DNA of 64,000 bases from Oligoflexia bacterium. GTDB taxonomy: Bacteria; Bdellovibrionota; Bdellovibrionia; JABDDW01. The DNA lies in contig JAYTHU010000031.1 of NCBI GenBank assembly GCA_043732305.1, positions 4,739 to 68,738 on the forward strand, in the 5' to 3' direction. Made by a program: the position numbers and the translations under genes. Positions 49,756 to 59,481 of this stretch are shown here, piece by piece. Under the pieces are notes generated by a model. The model made no database searches, was not told the origin of the DNA, and saw only the letters and a program-made list of their open reading frames with translations. How positions within the stretch are numbered: the stretch's first letter is position 1; each line of letters begins with the position of its first letter.

Positions 49756-50439
49756 CTAAAAATGATAAATTCCCAAGAAAACCAGTCCACCGAGTAGCGC
49801 AAATGCTGCTCCCCGTTTGCCAGCTGCAGAAATAGGCAGAAGCTGTGAAAACGTGATGTACACAAGAATCCCGCCTGAAATGGGCAAGAGATACTCCTGC
49901 CATTGCGAGAAAATCGAAGGAGCAAGCAATCCCAAACCTAATGCAGATAGCACGATTCCTAAAGACATGAGAGCTCGCCAAACTGTGGCTCCAGCGGCTA
50001 ATGCGACCCCGAAAACAATCAATGATTCAGGGATGAGATGGAAAATTTGCCCAATTAAAACTTTTTGTCCCAAACCTGTGCTCGATAGAAAAGTAGTTCG
50101 AATGGCCACTCCGTCAAACAGCGCACAGAAAGTAAGACAACCAACCGTCGAACAGGCCGCAGCGACATCCAGCAAAGGCGCATGCGAATGCCCATGACCG
50201 TGGTCATGCGAATGATCATGATGAGAACAAGAATCTACACTGGTATTTAAAAAATTGAGATGAGGGGAAACAAATCGATCGAAGATAAATACTAAAACAA
50301 CGCCCGCCAGGATCCACGGCGAGCGATTTTTTACTGTAGGAATGAGATCGATGAAAATCAGCGCGGATAAGTAGCCCGTGCCGAATGCCATCATGGACCT
50401 TAATATTTTATTTGATGCTAGGCTTTTTTCGCTTTTCAA
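49756..50439 (-). CDS. ZIP family metal transporter
   Basis: Multiple TM helices, His-rich loop HHDHSHDHGHGHSH, DG.AI and HLIPE motifs. Confidence 0.8.
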   Translation of the reverse strand: MKSEKSLASNKILRSMMAFGTGYLSALIFIDLIPTVKNRSPWILAGVVLVFIFDRFVSPHLNFLNTSVDSCSHHDHSHDHGHGHSHAPLLDVAAACSTVGCLTFCALFDGVAIRTTFLSSTGLGQKVLIGQIFHLIPESLIVFGVALAAGATVWRALMSLGIVLSALGLGLLAPSIFSQWQEYLLPISGGILVYITFSQLLPISAAGKRGAAFALLGGLVFLGIYHF

Positions 50440-50701
50440 GACTTCTCTTTATTTTCACCAAGCGCGCGGAGAGATTTTCTTCACGAGCTTTGAAAATGGC
50501 ATTGGCAATTCCGCCCTGCTTTTGAATTGTCTTGATTCCGTTAGCAGAAATCTTCAAAGTGATCGAACGCCCGATCTCTTCAATGATATATCTCTTGTGA
50601 GTGATATTTGGCAGCCAACGCGTTCTATTTTTATTGTTCGCGTGACTGACCAAGTTTCCTGATCTGGGACCGATACCGGTAAGTTCACAAAATTGAGACA
50701 T
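50408..50701 (-). CDS. rpmB: 50S ribosomal protein L28
   Basis: CELTG.GP..GN.VSHANNK.R.RW.PN. Confidence 0.96.
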   Translation of the reverse strand: MSQFCELTGIGPRSGNLVSHANNKNRTRWLPNITHKRYIIEEIGRSITLKISANGIKTIQKQGGIANAIFKAREENLSARLVKIKRSLEKRKKPSIK

Positions 50702-51255
50702 TATTCAGCTCCTCGTTGATGACCACCACCGAAACCACCACCGCCGTGTCCACCACGGTCTCCACGATCGCCTCTATCATGCCCGCCGCCAAATCCACCG
50801 CCGCCGCCACGATCAAAACCGCCGCCACCGCCGCGATCTCCACCGTCACGGCCGCCGCCGAAACCGCCGCGACTTCCGCGATCACGATAGCTGCTTTGTT
50901 GTTCTTCGTAGTTGATATATTTTGTTCCAACAGGAAGAAGTGCAAGTGTGCGAGCACGTTTAATGTGCACTTTTAATGATCTTTGTTGTTTAGCACTCAG
51001 TCGGCTCACACGAGCAGGAATAATTTTTCCATGTTCGGTAACAAACGGTCTGAGACTTTCAGGATCTTTGTAATCGAAAACCAAATCGACTGCGGGACGT
51101 GGTCGTCCTCGGCGTCCTCCGCCTCGGAATCCTCCGCCTTTTTCATCGCCACCGTCACGGCCGCCACCATCGCGTCCGCCACCGTCACGACCACCAGCAC
51201 TTCGGTCAGAACCGTGTGCGCCTCTTGAATCTCTAGTTTCTCTTTGTTCTCTCAT
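50701..51255 (-). CDS. rpsR: 30S ribosomal protein S18 with Gly/Arg/Asp-rich extensions
   Basis: Core DYKD...LR.FVTE.GKIIP.R.S.LSAKQQR.L...IKRAR.LALLP. Confidence 0.93.
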   Translation of the reverse strand: MREQRETRDSRGAHGSDRSAGGRDGGGRDGGGRDGGDEKGGGFRGGGRRGRPRPAVDLVFDYKDPESLRPFVTEHGKIIPARVSRLSAKQQRSLKVHIKRARTLALLPVGTKYINYEEQQSSYRDRGSRGGFGGGRDGGDRGGGGGFDRGGGGGFGGGHDRGDRGDRGGHGGGGFGGGHQRGAE

Positions 51256-51266
51256 TTAAAAAATCC

Positions 51267-51434
51267 TCACTTAATTTCTTTGTGCAAAGTATGTCTTCGC
51301 AGGAACGGATTGAACTTCATTTTCTGAAGGCGATCCGGTGTCTTAGTTTTGTTTTTTGATGTGGAGTAACGAGAGGGCGGTTTGCCTTCTTTACGTGCTT
51401 CTGTGCATTCCAATGTGATTAGAACTCGTGCCAT
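51267..51434 (-). CDS. rpmG: 50S ribosomal protein L33 (zinc-free type)
   Basis: Below the ORF-track cutoff; manual translation [55 protein letters not shown]. Confidence 0.93.
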   Translation of the reverse strand: MARVLITLECTEARKEGKPPSRYSTSKNKTKTPDRLQKMKFNPFLRRHTLHKEIK

Positions 51435-51533
51435 AAAATAAACCTTTCTTGATCTTTATCTGAGCGCTTGAAATTACCCCTACTCCCCGCTATTTTGCAA
51501 CTGTAAATATTTAAATAATAAGGGAGCGGTTCA

Positions 51534-52865
51534 TTGACTCAATCATCACACACACCAAACGCATCAAAACTTCTGATTAAAAACTGTGATCTTTGGACAA
51601 CGTCAGAGGTGAAAGTCGCTCAAGACATCATCGTTCACGATGGAAAAATCGTCGATATTTATCCATCTTCGATCTCAAACGGTGAAAATTTTCATGATCA
51701 CGTCGTGTATGAACCCAAGGACGCATTGATTCACCCACTTGGCGTTGACCCTCAAGCCCACTTGCGTGTTCCAGGTCAGAGTCAGAAGGAAACAGCCGAG
51801 ACCGGTATCAAAGCAGCGCTTCGCGGGGGTTACGGGGCTCTTCTCACCATGCCAAACACTCAGCCTGTAATTGATACTCCGGAAATTTGTGACATCGCCA
51901 TGAAAGAACTTAAACCCTGGATGGACAAACTCGGGGTGAATGTCTATTTGTCTGCCGCCATGACAGTGGGGCAAAACGGAAAAATGCCAGTCGAAGGACT
52001 CTCGCTTAAAAAATGGGGCGTGAAAGCACTGACTGATGACGGGAAAGGCCTGGCCTCTGACGAACTCATGGAAAAACTTTTTCAAATTTCAGAGCAGACA
52101 GGTCTTCCTTTGCTTCAGCACGCAGAATTTCCTGGTCACGGAGGTGTTCTTGCTCCGGGGAGCGTGCAAAAGAAACTTGGCGTGAAGCCCTATTTTGCTG
52201 ATCCTGAAGTTGAAATGGTAAAAAGAGACATCGCGCTATTGAGAAAACATCCAAAAGCGCATTATCACGTGCTTCACGTCTCAAGCGCGCAGACAATTGA
52301 ACTTGTAGCCCAGGCTAAAAAAGAAGGATTGCCCATCACTTGTGAAGTTTGCCCTCACCATCTTTTATTCACCACAGAAGACATCCGTGAAAACGATAGC
52401 TCGTTTAAGATGAATCCACCTCTGAGATCAGCCAACGACCGCAAAGTTTTACAGCAGGGTTTAGATGAAGGAATTATTGATTTTGTTTCGACTGATCATG
52501 CTCCGCACGAGGCATCATTAAAAACTCGCGAATTCACTTCTGCGGCCTTCGGAACAACGGGACTGGAAACTGCGCTGAGGGCATTGCTGTTTTTAGAAAG
52601 CGAAAATCTACTCTCGAAGAAAAGAGTGGTTGAAACGTTCTCTCACCGCCCGGCCATGTTTTTGAAAATTGAGAATGAGATCAGTCAACTTTCTAAGGGA
52701 GATTTTTTTCATGCAGTGATTGTCGAAAATAAATCCAAGGCCACTAAAATAGAAAAAGCTGATCTAGCCAGCCTTTCTTCGAACAATTGTTTCCTAGAAT
52801 TTGCAATGCCCGGGAAAATCACTAGGGTCTACAATAGAAAAGGCCAATTTGATTTCTCAAATTGA
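51534..52865 (+). CDS. pyrC: Dihydroorotase (amidohydrolase, class I-like)
   Basis: DPQAHLRVPG, MPNT.P, TDDG, HAE, HVLHVS, EVCPHHL, KMNPPLR and TDHAPH motifs. Confidence 0.88.
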   Translation: MTQSSHTPNASKLLIKNCDLWTTSEVKVAQDIIVHDGKIVDIYPSSISNGENFHDHVVYEPKDALIHPLGVDPQAHLRVPGQSQKETAETGIKAALRGGYGALLTMPNTQPVIDTPEICDIAMKELKPWMDKLGVNVYLSAAMTVGQNGKMPVEGLSLKKWGVKALTDDGKGLASDELMEKLFQISEQTGLPLLQHAEFPGHGGVLAPGSVQKKLGVKPYFADPEVEMVKRDIALLRKHPKAHYHVLHVSSAQTIELVAQAKKEGLPITCEVCPHHLLFTTEDIRENDSSFKMNPPLRSANDRKVLQQGLDEGIIDFVSTDHAPHEASLKTREFTSAAFGTTGLETALRALLFLESENLLSKKRVVETFSHRPAMFLKIENEISQLSKGDFFHAVIVENKSKATKIEKADLASLSSNNCFLEFAMPGKITRVYNRKGQFDFSN

Positions 52866-52899
52866 CCTTCTAATTTCCCTCTTAGACTGAGAGGATGAA

Positions 52900-53205
52900 C
52901 TACCAGCTGGCTTTTGTTACGCCAGGCAAGAGACCTTTGAGGGCCATCTGTCTGAACGTCAAGCGAGACAATTCAAATTTCTTGTAAACCGCACGTGGGC
53001 GGCCAGTCACTCGGCAACGATTACGAATTCTGTTTTCACAGGAATTTCGTGGCAGAGCTTCGAGTTTACGTCGAGCTTCAGATCGGTCTTCAGGAGACAA
53101 TTTGATACTCTTAGCAAGAGCACGCAGTTCCTGTCGGACTTCACGATACTGTTCAGTCACTCGTTTTTTTCGGTCATTGTTCGCAATTTTTGATAATTTA
53201 GCCAT
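52900..53205 (-). CDS. rpsN: 30S ribosomal protein S14 (101-aa zinc-free type)
   Basis: LPRNS...R.RNRC.VTGRPR..Y.KF.LSR..FR.MA..G.LPGV.KASW. Confidence 0.97.
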   Translation of the reverse strand: MAKLSKIANNDRKKRVTEQYREVRQELRALAKSIKLSPEDRSEARRKLEALPRNSCENRIRNRCRVTGRPRAVYKKFELSRLTFRQMALKGLLPGVTKASW

Positions 53206-53281
53206 CGAGTTAAAACTCCATTTGTTTTTAAATTCGCTCCAAACTACTTCAGGACGAATTCTTTTTCAATACATTTGTTTT

Positions 53282-53297
53282 TGGCCCTGCTATTGCA
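53282..53297 (+). promoter_or_regulatory. Putative sigma54 promoter
   Basis: TGGCCCTGCTATTGCA = GG-N10-GC, 55 nt upstream of ATG 53352. Confidence 0.55.
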
Positions 53298-53351
53298 TTA
53301 GAAAGCTAACAAAACACAACAACATGCTCTCCAAAGGATTAAGGGATAGGA

Positions 53352-54014
53352 ATGAAGCCATTCGTAATAGTATTTAGTCTGCTACTGGCTGGTTTCACAT
53401 CAACGGCGCTCTCAAAAGTAACGGAAACTGACTATGCTTCGGCTTTCGATGCATTGAAGACATTTAGTGAAAGACCCGGCCGCGGGCCCTATGAATCTTG
53501 GGAAAAGCTTGAGGCCAACCTGGCAAAATCATTTGTTGTCATCAAAGAGCCAGAAACAGACATTCAACCGTATAATTTTGTTGTCTACTCGCCCTTTGAT
53601 CTTCCAACTAAGTTCGGTGCAGCCGCTCACACTTTTGTATTAAGGCGCACCAAAGCTTCTCGCTTTCAGGTTCTCGTTTCAAGGAATGAAGACCTGACTC
53701 TCTCAAGTTCGCTTGTTCCCACATTGTTTGAAGAGAATGAAAAATCAAATCCGATAGTGCGAGACGTTGTCATTTCACGTTTTAAGTTTGAAAACGAAAC
53801 TTCGCTTCAAGAATTCTTAAACAAATGGAAAAATGCTCGCTCTGCTTACGTCGGAGATGGGTCAGTTCGCTACCCCCAACAAGCCAGAGCAATTAGATCA
53901 ATATTTACCGAAGCTTTTCCGTATATCTGGCTGAAAGAAAAATTTGCCTCTGGGAAATCATGTTTGAATCGACTCAAAAATGTGACTGACGGAAATCAGC
54001 CTCTGAGGAAGTGA
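53352..54014 (+). CDS. Hypothetical secreted protein
   Basis: Signal peptide; C-terminal SCLNRL motif. Confidence 0.75.
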   Translation: MKPFVIVFSLLLAGFTSTALSKVTETDYASAFDALKTFSERPGRGPYESWEKLEANLAKSFVVIKEPETDIQPYNFVVYSPFDLPTKFGAAAHTFVLRRTKASRFQVLVSRNEDLTLSSSLVPTLFEENEKSNPIVRDVVISRFKFENETSLQEFLNKWKNARSAYVGDGSVRYPQQARAIRSIFTEAFPYIWLKEKFASGKSCLNRLKNVTDGNQPLRK

Positions 54015-54484
54015 CAAGTGTAACCACCAGGATTTTTCTGCAGGTAATCCTGGTGATAGGTTTCGGCAGAATAAAACTGTTCGGCGGGAATAATTTCAGT
54101 CACAATCGGCCTTGACCAGCGTCCGGAATCTTGAACTTCTTTCTTTTTATTTTCGGCGACGGTTTTCTGATCTTCGTTTTGGTAAAAAATTATTGAACGA
54201 TATTGTGAGCCCATGTCATTGCCCTGTTGATTCTTGGTAGTGGGGTCATGCATGCGGAAGAAAAAATCTAAGATTGCTTCAAATTTAGTTTGCGTGGGAT
54301 CAAACTCTATTTCAATAGATTCGGCGTGACCGGTTTTCCCAGTCTTGACTTCTTCATAGCGGGGATACTTTGTGGTTCCGCCGCAATAGCCAACCTCAGT
54401 TTCAATCACTCCAGGGATTTTTCGAATGATATCTTCCATCCCCCAGAAGCATCCACCGGCTAAAACAGCAACTTCAGTTTTCAT
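53996..54484 (-). CDS. msrA: Peptide methionine sulfoxide reductase A
   Basis: AGGCFWG, TGHAE, HDPT..N.QG.D.G.QYRS.I and AE.YHQ.Y motifs. Confidence 0.97.
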   Translation of the reverse strand: MKTEVAVLAGGCFWGMEDIIRKIPGVIETEVGYCGGTTKYPRYEEVKTGKTGHAESIEIEFDPTQTKFEAILDFFFRMHDPTTKNQQGNDMGSQYRSIIFYQNEDQKTVAENKKKEVQDSGRWSRPIVTEIIPAEQFYSAETYHQDYLQKNPGGYTCHFLRG

Positions 54485-55436
54485 TTTTTCTGCTCTCCAA
54501 AAATCTTTTTCTACAGGGACTGATGAAACTCAAAACTGATTCTTGAGAATTCATATGACCCAAAAGTTCTCTCAGAGAATGTGGCGGATGAAAATAAAAG
54601 TCAAAATGATTCCATAAAGCTTTGAGAACAGGCTGCATTTCGTGAGCTACTGGGCGGTAATCGACGGACTTTCCTTTTACAAACACAAAGCTATTGGTGA
54701 TTTCTGACTCTAGAGGAATGTCCAAATTCAGACCGTAAGAATAAGCTAAAAAATTTCTTGGACTCTCATTGTATAGGCGAGTGTAGAAACGTTCACTGTC
54801 CACGCATGAGTTTCGTCCAAAATCAAACATGTTCTGGATCAAAATGTTTTTGACGTTTTCTAAAAGAGTTCCAAAAACTTCTTCGTGATAATAGGCAAAG
54901 ATCTCAGACATCAACACTCGGAGATCGCTCGATGACAACTCCGGGGCGATTCTTTTTGAAATGACATATGCTGTTTTAAAAAGTGCGTTGTAGAGTTCAA
55001 AATCCACAGGATTGCGCTGCTTCTTCACAAACATTTCAAATTCAGCGTGCGCCATCTCGTGAAAAACCAACCCTTGGGCAACCATCGCACTTATATCGTG
55101 CTGATCGCGAGCTTCGCCTAAAGTTTTTAATCTCATTCCGCTAGATTCGTGAACCAAACTATTTTCTCTGATCTTGAGGACGTTTGTCCAATCGTTGTAA
55201 GTCGCAGCTCCATCTGGAGTCAAAAATTGATCGATCACACCGAGTGCACTGAGATGGACGTGGCTAGCTACCAAATCAAAGTGATCCATGTTTAATCCAA
55301 GGTATTTGGAAATGTCGGCAGAATATTTGGTGGTGCTGCTTGCTTGCACTCGACAGGGAAAAAATCCAAGAGAAATGAAAACGACTAAAATCAACATGCC
55401 TACAGAATGTAGGCGCCCCTTTAAGAACGATCGCAT
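54474..55436 (-). CDS. Secreted putative zinc metallopeptidase (HEXXH)
   Basis: Signal peptide ending VQA; HEMAH with a downstream SE.FA third-ligand-like Glu. Confidence 0.6.
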   Translation of the reverse strand: MRSFLKGRLHSVGMLILVVFISLGFFPCRVQASSTTKYSADISKYLGLNMDHFDLVASHVHLSALGVIDQFLTPDGAATYNDWTNVLKIRENSLVHESSGMRLKTLGEARDQHDISAMVAQGLVFHEMAHAEFEMFVKKQRNPVDFELYNALFKTAYVISKRIAPELSSSDLRVLMSEIFAYYHEEVFGTLLENVKNILIQNMFDFGRNSCVDSERFYTRLYNESPRNFLAYSYGLNLDIPLESEITNSFVFVKGKSVDYRPVAHEMQPVLKALWNHFDFYFHPPHSLRELLGHMNSQESVLSFISPCRKRFLESRKNEN

Positions 55437-55473
55437 AATATTACCCCCCGGTAAATGTCAGGCAGAGCCTATG

Positions 55474-56808
55474 TCAGGGGGTCTTTTGCACGCAAGCGAG
55501 AAATGATTTCTTATGAGAATCTTCATTCATTTGGCACAGGCTTATGACTTGACCTTTTTGATCATGGATACGCACTTTCCATTCTCCTTGGGTCACGAGG
55601 TCAATAGTCAAATAACCAAAACTGTCAAAGCTGACAAAATCAGGATCTTCTTTTGGAAATTTATCCAGAGCCGTGCCGCTCGCACCAACTATAAATTCAA
55701 GGGGACGATTGTCGTTGAATCTATTTAAACTCAAAATGTGGATGTGGCCGGCAATGACAACTCCGACATCCATGTTTTTTGGTATTTTAGTTTTAATTTT
55801 ATTTTTTATTAATTTGGTTTCAGTTAAAAACGGTCGATGAGTTAAAATCCATAGTTTTTGATTTTCTAAAGTTTTATTTTTAGAAAGAATATCTAAACTT
55901 CTTTGAATGTTTGTTTCATCAGTGGCATCGATCACGGCTAAAACCACAGAGCCCATGGGGATCAAGTAAGGATCAATATTGTTCACACAGTTTGCAGTGT
56001 AAGGATGGGGATCTAAGAATCTCATCCAACCTTCTTTTGAGCGATTGCAATCCTCATGATTGCCACGTACAAAAATAAAGGGAGCCGTCTTTAACAAAGG
56101 ATCAGCGGGCAAAATAAAATCTTCCATCCAACTGTTAGCCACATCACCTGAAGTGATGCCTTGGCATTCGGGATGTCCTACAGGACAAGCCGATTCTCGG
56201 TAATGATAATCCCCCACATGAATCACAAGCTCAGGATTCTCTTGCGCCATTGAGTTCGCTAAGCTTGCAAAGGGCCAAGAATTCTTATCTCCACAACCTT
56301 GAATCGCGGCACCTTTTTCATTCACCTTCACTCGACAGCCAGTGTCACCCATAACGGCGATTCTTGTGATTCGAGACTTTGGTAAAGGGATCTTATCAAA
56401 ATCCAATATGTAACTTGGTACCTCACTTATAGGAACAGTGGCTTCATTTGGATTTTTTTCCGTCGTCCAAACACCTGATGGCTTTCTCTTGAGGCCCAGT
56501 TCACAAATTTGACTTGGGAAAGTCTTGGTAATAGCGGCTCGTCCATAAAGGGGAATAGAGCTAGACCCAACTTTTAGTGCAGGGCAGGTTCCACCGCCCT
56601 CGCTTATGGTCCTTAAAATTGCATTTCCCCTGATTCCTTCTTCAACCCAATAATAAGGCGCGCCTTCATTGTAAACGAGGCCACTCTTCTTTTTGACAGC
56701 CGGATTTGCGAATGGTGCCTTTGCAACTTCAGCGGATTGACATGCCGTGAGAAAGACGGCAGAAAAAATAATTGAAACAAAATTTAGTTTGGAAAGTTTG
56801 ATTTTCAT
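55474..56808 (-). CDS. Calcineurin-like metallophosphoesterase lipoprotein
   Basis: Lipobox FLTA-C; GDTG, HVGDY, RGNHE, THRP and GHIH motifs. Confidence 0.88.
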   Translation of the reverse strand: MKIKLSKLNFVSIIFSAVFLTACQSAEVAKAPFANPAVKKKSGLVYNEGAPYYWVEEGIRGNAILRTISEGGGTCPALKVGSSSIPLYGRAAITKTFPSQICELGLKRKPSGVWTTEKNPNEATVPISEVPSYILDFDKIPLPKSRITRIAVMGDTGCRVKVNEKGAAIQGCGDKNSWPFASLANSMAQENPELVIHVGDYHYRESACPVGHPECQGITSGDVANSWMEDFILPADPLLKTAPFIFVRGNHEDCNRSKEGWMRFLDPHPYTANCVNNIDPYLIPMGSVVLAVIDATDETNIQRSLDILSKNKTLENQKLWILTHRPFLTETKLIKNKIKTKIPKNMDVGVVIAGHIHILSLNRFNDNRPLEFIVGASGTALDKFPKEDPDFVSFDSFGYLTIDLVTQGEWKVRIHDQKGQVISLCQMNEDSHKKSFLACVQKTP

Positions 56809-56838
56809 ATGAAATGATAAAACCATAAAGGGGGCTTC

Positions 56839-57216
56839 ATGAATAGAAAAATTTTAGTTGCTAGTCCAATCGCTGCGATTGCATTTTTGAATCTATTTTC
56901 AATTTTTATTTGCGGTTTTATTTCCTCCAACTCTAGTGCGTCAACACTGAGTTGCACGAGTGTTTCCCAAGGGAAACTTGGTGGTCAGGACGTAGAAGTT
57001 AAAACTGGATTTGCTCAAGTCGAGTTCACCGATAAAGGTGTAAAATTTAAAGCCGACGTTGCAGAGGGCCACATTAATACGGTGTCGATTGAAAACCTAG
57101 CCACAAGCGTCAGCACTCTCGCTTATTCAAGTGATGGCGAAGCTAAAACGCTTTCAACACAAATGCGCGTCCATGACAGCCTATTTGCGGGACTCGATTG
57201 CGACCTCGTCAATTAA
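56839..57216 (+). CDS. Small secreted beta-rich hypothetical protein
   Basis: Signal peptide; Cys near both termini (LSC...LDC). Confidence 0.7.
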   Translation: MNRKILVASPIAAIAFLNLFSIFICGFISSNSSASTLSCTSVSQGKLGGQDVEVKTGFAQVEFTDKGVKFKADVAEGHINTVSIENLATSVSTLAYSSDGEAKTLSTQMRVHDSLFAGLDCDLVN

Positions 57217-57271
57217 ATTACCAGGAGACTCTAAATATTCATAAGCTGGTCCTAAGTCTCATTAATTTCAG

Positions 57272-57299
57272 TAAAACTTCGCGTTTGCAAAGCCGATAT
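57272..57299 (+). promoter_or_regulatory. Putative sigma28 promoter
   Basis: TAAA-N16-GCCGATAT immediately before ATG 57306. Confidence 0.4.
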
Positions 57300-57305
57300 A
57301 AACTC

Positions 57306-59009
57306 ATGCCATTAAAAAGTCACGAGCTAGCAAAAGTCCGAGTCCGCATGCTCTATCAGCAAAATACGATAACGGAATTCAGTGCACTCTTCGTTGCAGC
57401 AGTGTACTTCTCCGCCTATCGCACGGTCGTCCCAAAAACGTTACTCATTGCTTGGTCTATGGAATTTGTAGCGCTGTCTATCATTAGGGTTGTTATTTCC
57501 CTTAGATTTTTGAGAAAAATAATTCACGAAGGAAAGGATTTCGATCCGGTTTATTGGGAAAGACTTTTTTGTGTTGGAGTTTTTCTTTCAGGCTTATCCT
57601 GGGGAATTGCTGGCTCTGTTTTACTTCCGGAATCATTTACTCATCAGGTCATGATGGGCTGTATGCTTTCAGGAATTACCGCAGCCGCCTCCATTGCATT
57701 TTGCTCATCTTCAATGGCGGCACAAATATTCCTTTTCACTTGTCTTACTCCTTACATTCTAACTCTCTTTTTTTCAAAATTTACCATGGGACATGAATTA
57801 GTTGCGGTGGCCCTAAGCTACCTCGTGATCTTTAGTATTTTATCTTTAAGGGTAAACAAGTTCGCTCTGTCGACATTTTCGCTCGGCTATGAAAAAGATC
57901 GATTGATTGAGGAAATTAAAAGCAGTAAGGAAGCTTTAGATCTAGCACAAGCCATTGCCCATGTAGGCAACGCAGTCATTAAACCCAAAACAGACACAAT
58001 CACGTGGTCTGATGAAATATTTCGCATACTTGAACTAGATCCCAAAATCGATAAACCAAGTTCAGAACTTTACTATTCCCTTGTGCATCCCGACGATGTT
58101 CATGACGCAAGAAGCAGCATCGCAGATTCCATAAAAACAAAAACTTCCCGCGCAAAGGACAGAAGAATCATAACGAGATCCGGAAACCTCAAGCATATCT
58201 CAACAAAAATAGCGATTAGTACGAATGTCGCCGGCGAAGTCACCACCATCAATATTGTTGTGCACGACATCACAGACAGAAAAAAAGCGGAGATAGTTCT
58301 AGCGCAAAATTATAAAATGTCCGCACTTGGTGAAATGGCGGGAGGCATAGCGCATGAGATCAACACTCCCCTCGCAATTGTTGCTGGTAAGATCGATCAG
58401 CTCAAAGATATGCTCATGAGGCCTTCCCTGGATTTAGAAAAAGCTATTCAGTGGTCAGATAAAATCAAAACAACTATCACGCGGATGGCAAAAATCACTC
58501 AAAGCTTAAAAACATTCTCAAAAGATGCTGATGAAGATTCGTTTGAAAACACCAAACTAACTGATGTTGTCACCGAAAGCACAAACCTTTATTTGAATAA
58601 ACTAAAAGAAAACGGCATAAAATTCTCGATTGAAATTCCAGTAAATATGGAATTAGAATGTCGATCTATTCAACTGTGTCAGGTTATATTTAGCTTGATC
58701 TTGAATTCCATTGACGCCATTCGAGAACTTCCGATCAAGTGGATTAAAATTACGGCGCAAGACATTGGCTCTGAAATTAGATTTTCCGTCATTGATAGCG
58801 GAACTGGGATTAAAGAAGAGCTCAGAAATAAAATCATGCAGCCATTTTTTACTACCAAGGAAATTGGTAAAGGCATGGGATTGGGCTTAAGCGTTTCCAG
58901 AGGAATGATTGAAAGTCATTGCGGTCGTATTGAAATCGATCCAACCAATCATCACACCTGCTTCACAATCACACTTCCAAAAAAGCAAAATAGAAAACTC
59001 GCCGCCTGA
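57306..59009 (+). CDS. Membrane PAS-domain sensor histidine kinase (no cognate regulator nearby)
   Basis: 5-6 TM helices, PAS_3 (WSDE..RI, VHPDD, DITDRK), H-box AHEINTPL, DSGTGI, PFFTTK..GKG.GLGL. Confidence 0.92.
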   Translation: MPLKSHELAKVRVRMLYQQNTITEFSALFVAAVYFSAYRTVVPKTLLIAWSMEFVALSIIRVVISLRFLRKIIHEGKDFDPVYWERLFCVGVFLSGLSWGIAGSVLLPESFTHQVMMGCMLSGITAAASIAFCSSSMAAQIFLFTCLTPYILTLFFSKFTMGHELVAVALSYLVIFSILSLRVNKFALSTFSLGYEKDRLIEEIKSSKEALDLAQAIAHVGNAVIKPKTDTITWSDEIFRILELDPKIDKPSSELYYSLVHPDDVHDARSSIADSIKTKTSRAKDRRIITRSGNLKHISTKIAISTNVAGEVTTINIVVHDITDRKKAEIVLAQNYKMSALGEMAGGIAHEINTPLAIVAGKIDQLKDMLMRPSLDLEKAIQWSDKIKTTITRMAKITQSLKTFSKDADEDSFENTKLTDVVTESTNLYLNKLKENGIKFSIEIPVNMELECRSIQLCQVIFSLILNSIDAIRELPIKWIKITAQDIGSEIRFSVIDSGTGIKEELRNKIMQPFFTTKEIGKGMGLGLSVSRGMIESHCGRIEIDPTNHHTCFTITLPKKQNRKLAA

Positions 59010-59043
59010 GAATTAGTAATACAAAGCGTGGAGGAATTTTCTT

Positions 59044-59481
59044 CTACTTAAACTCAGAGGATTTGGCAGCAGCCTTCTTTTTCTGATGGAATAAGTAAGG
59101 CAAAATAAATGCCAGGCCAACGTAGGTGTGCAGGCCCGTGACCAAATTTTTGAAATTTTCGTCAACTGCGTAAAGAATAAAAGGTACCGTCAAAGTTAGA
59201 AATCCCAGTATGGCGAGATTAAACAATCCTCCGCGTTTCCTCTCAACTCCTTTTAATCCCGGTTGAATGTGAACGCGGATGAAATACCCAAAGACAATCA
59301 AGAAAGCAAAACTCACAACCGCATGAGCTTTCAAAATCCAGATTCGCGAAGGCGGTGATTCTAATCCCATTCCGTAGTCGTGAGATAAAAATTTCTGCAT
59401 GAGCCAAACAATCAAACCCGTGACATAGAGTGCAAGAAAACTATAAATAAATATTTTCTTGAATCTCCCTTGAAGCTTCAT
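59044..59481 (-). CDS. Membrane protein with His-bearing helices (cytochrome b-like) of the flavinylation cluster
   Basis: 4 TM helices; LKAH, RVH, GLH and LFH. Confidence 0.7.
   Translation of the reverse strand: MKLQGRFKKIFIYSFLALYVTGLIVWLMQKFLSHDYGMGLESPPSRIWILKAHAVVSFAFLIVFGYFIRVHIQPGLKGVERKRGGLFNLAILGFLTLTVPFILYAVDENFKNLVTGLHTYVGLAFILPYLFHQKKKAAAKSSEFK

Noticed and set aside
50180-50230. His-rich repeat HHDHSHDHGHGHSH
   Set aside because: Ordinary cytoplasmic loop of ZIP transporters
51744-51776. PyrC metal motif DPQAH instead of DxHxH, suggesting an inactive PyrC'
   Set aside because: Gln at this position occurs in a known dihydroorotase subgroup, and the other ligands (HAE, HVS, TDHAPH) are intact
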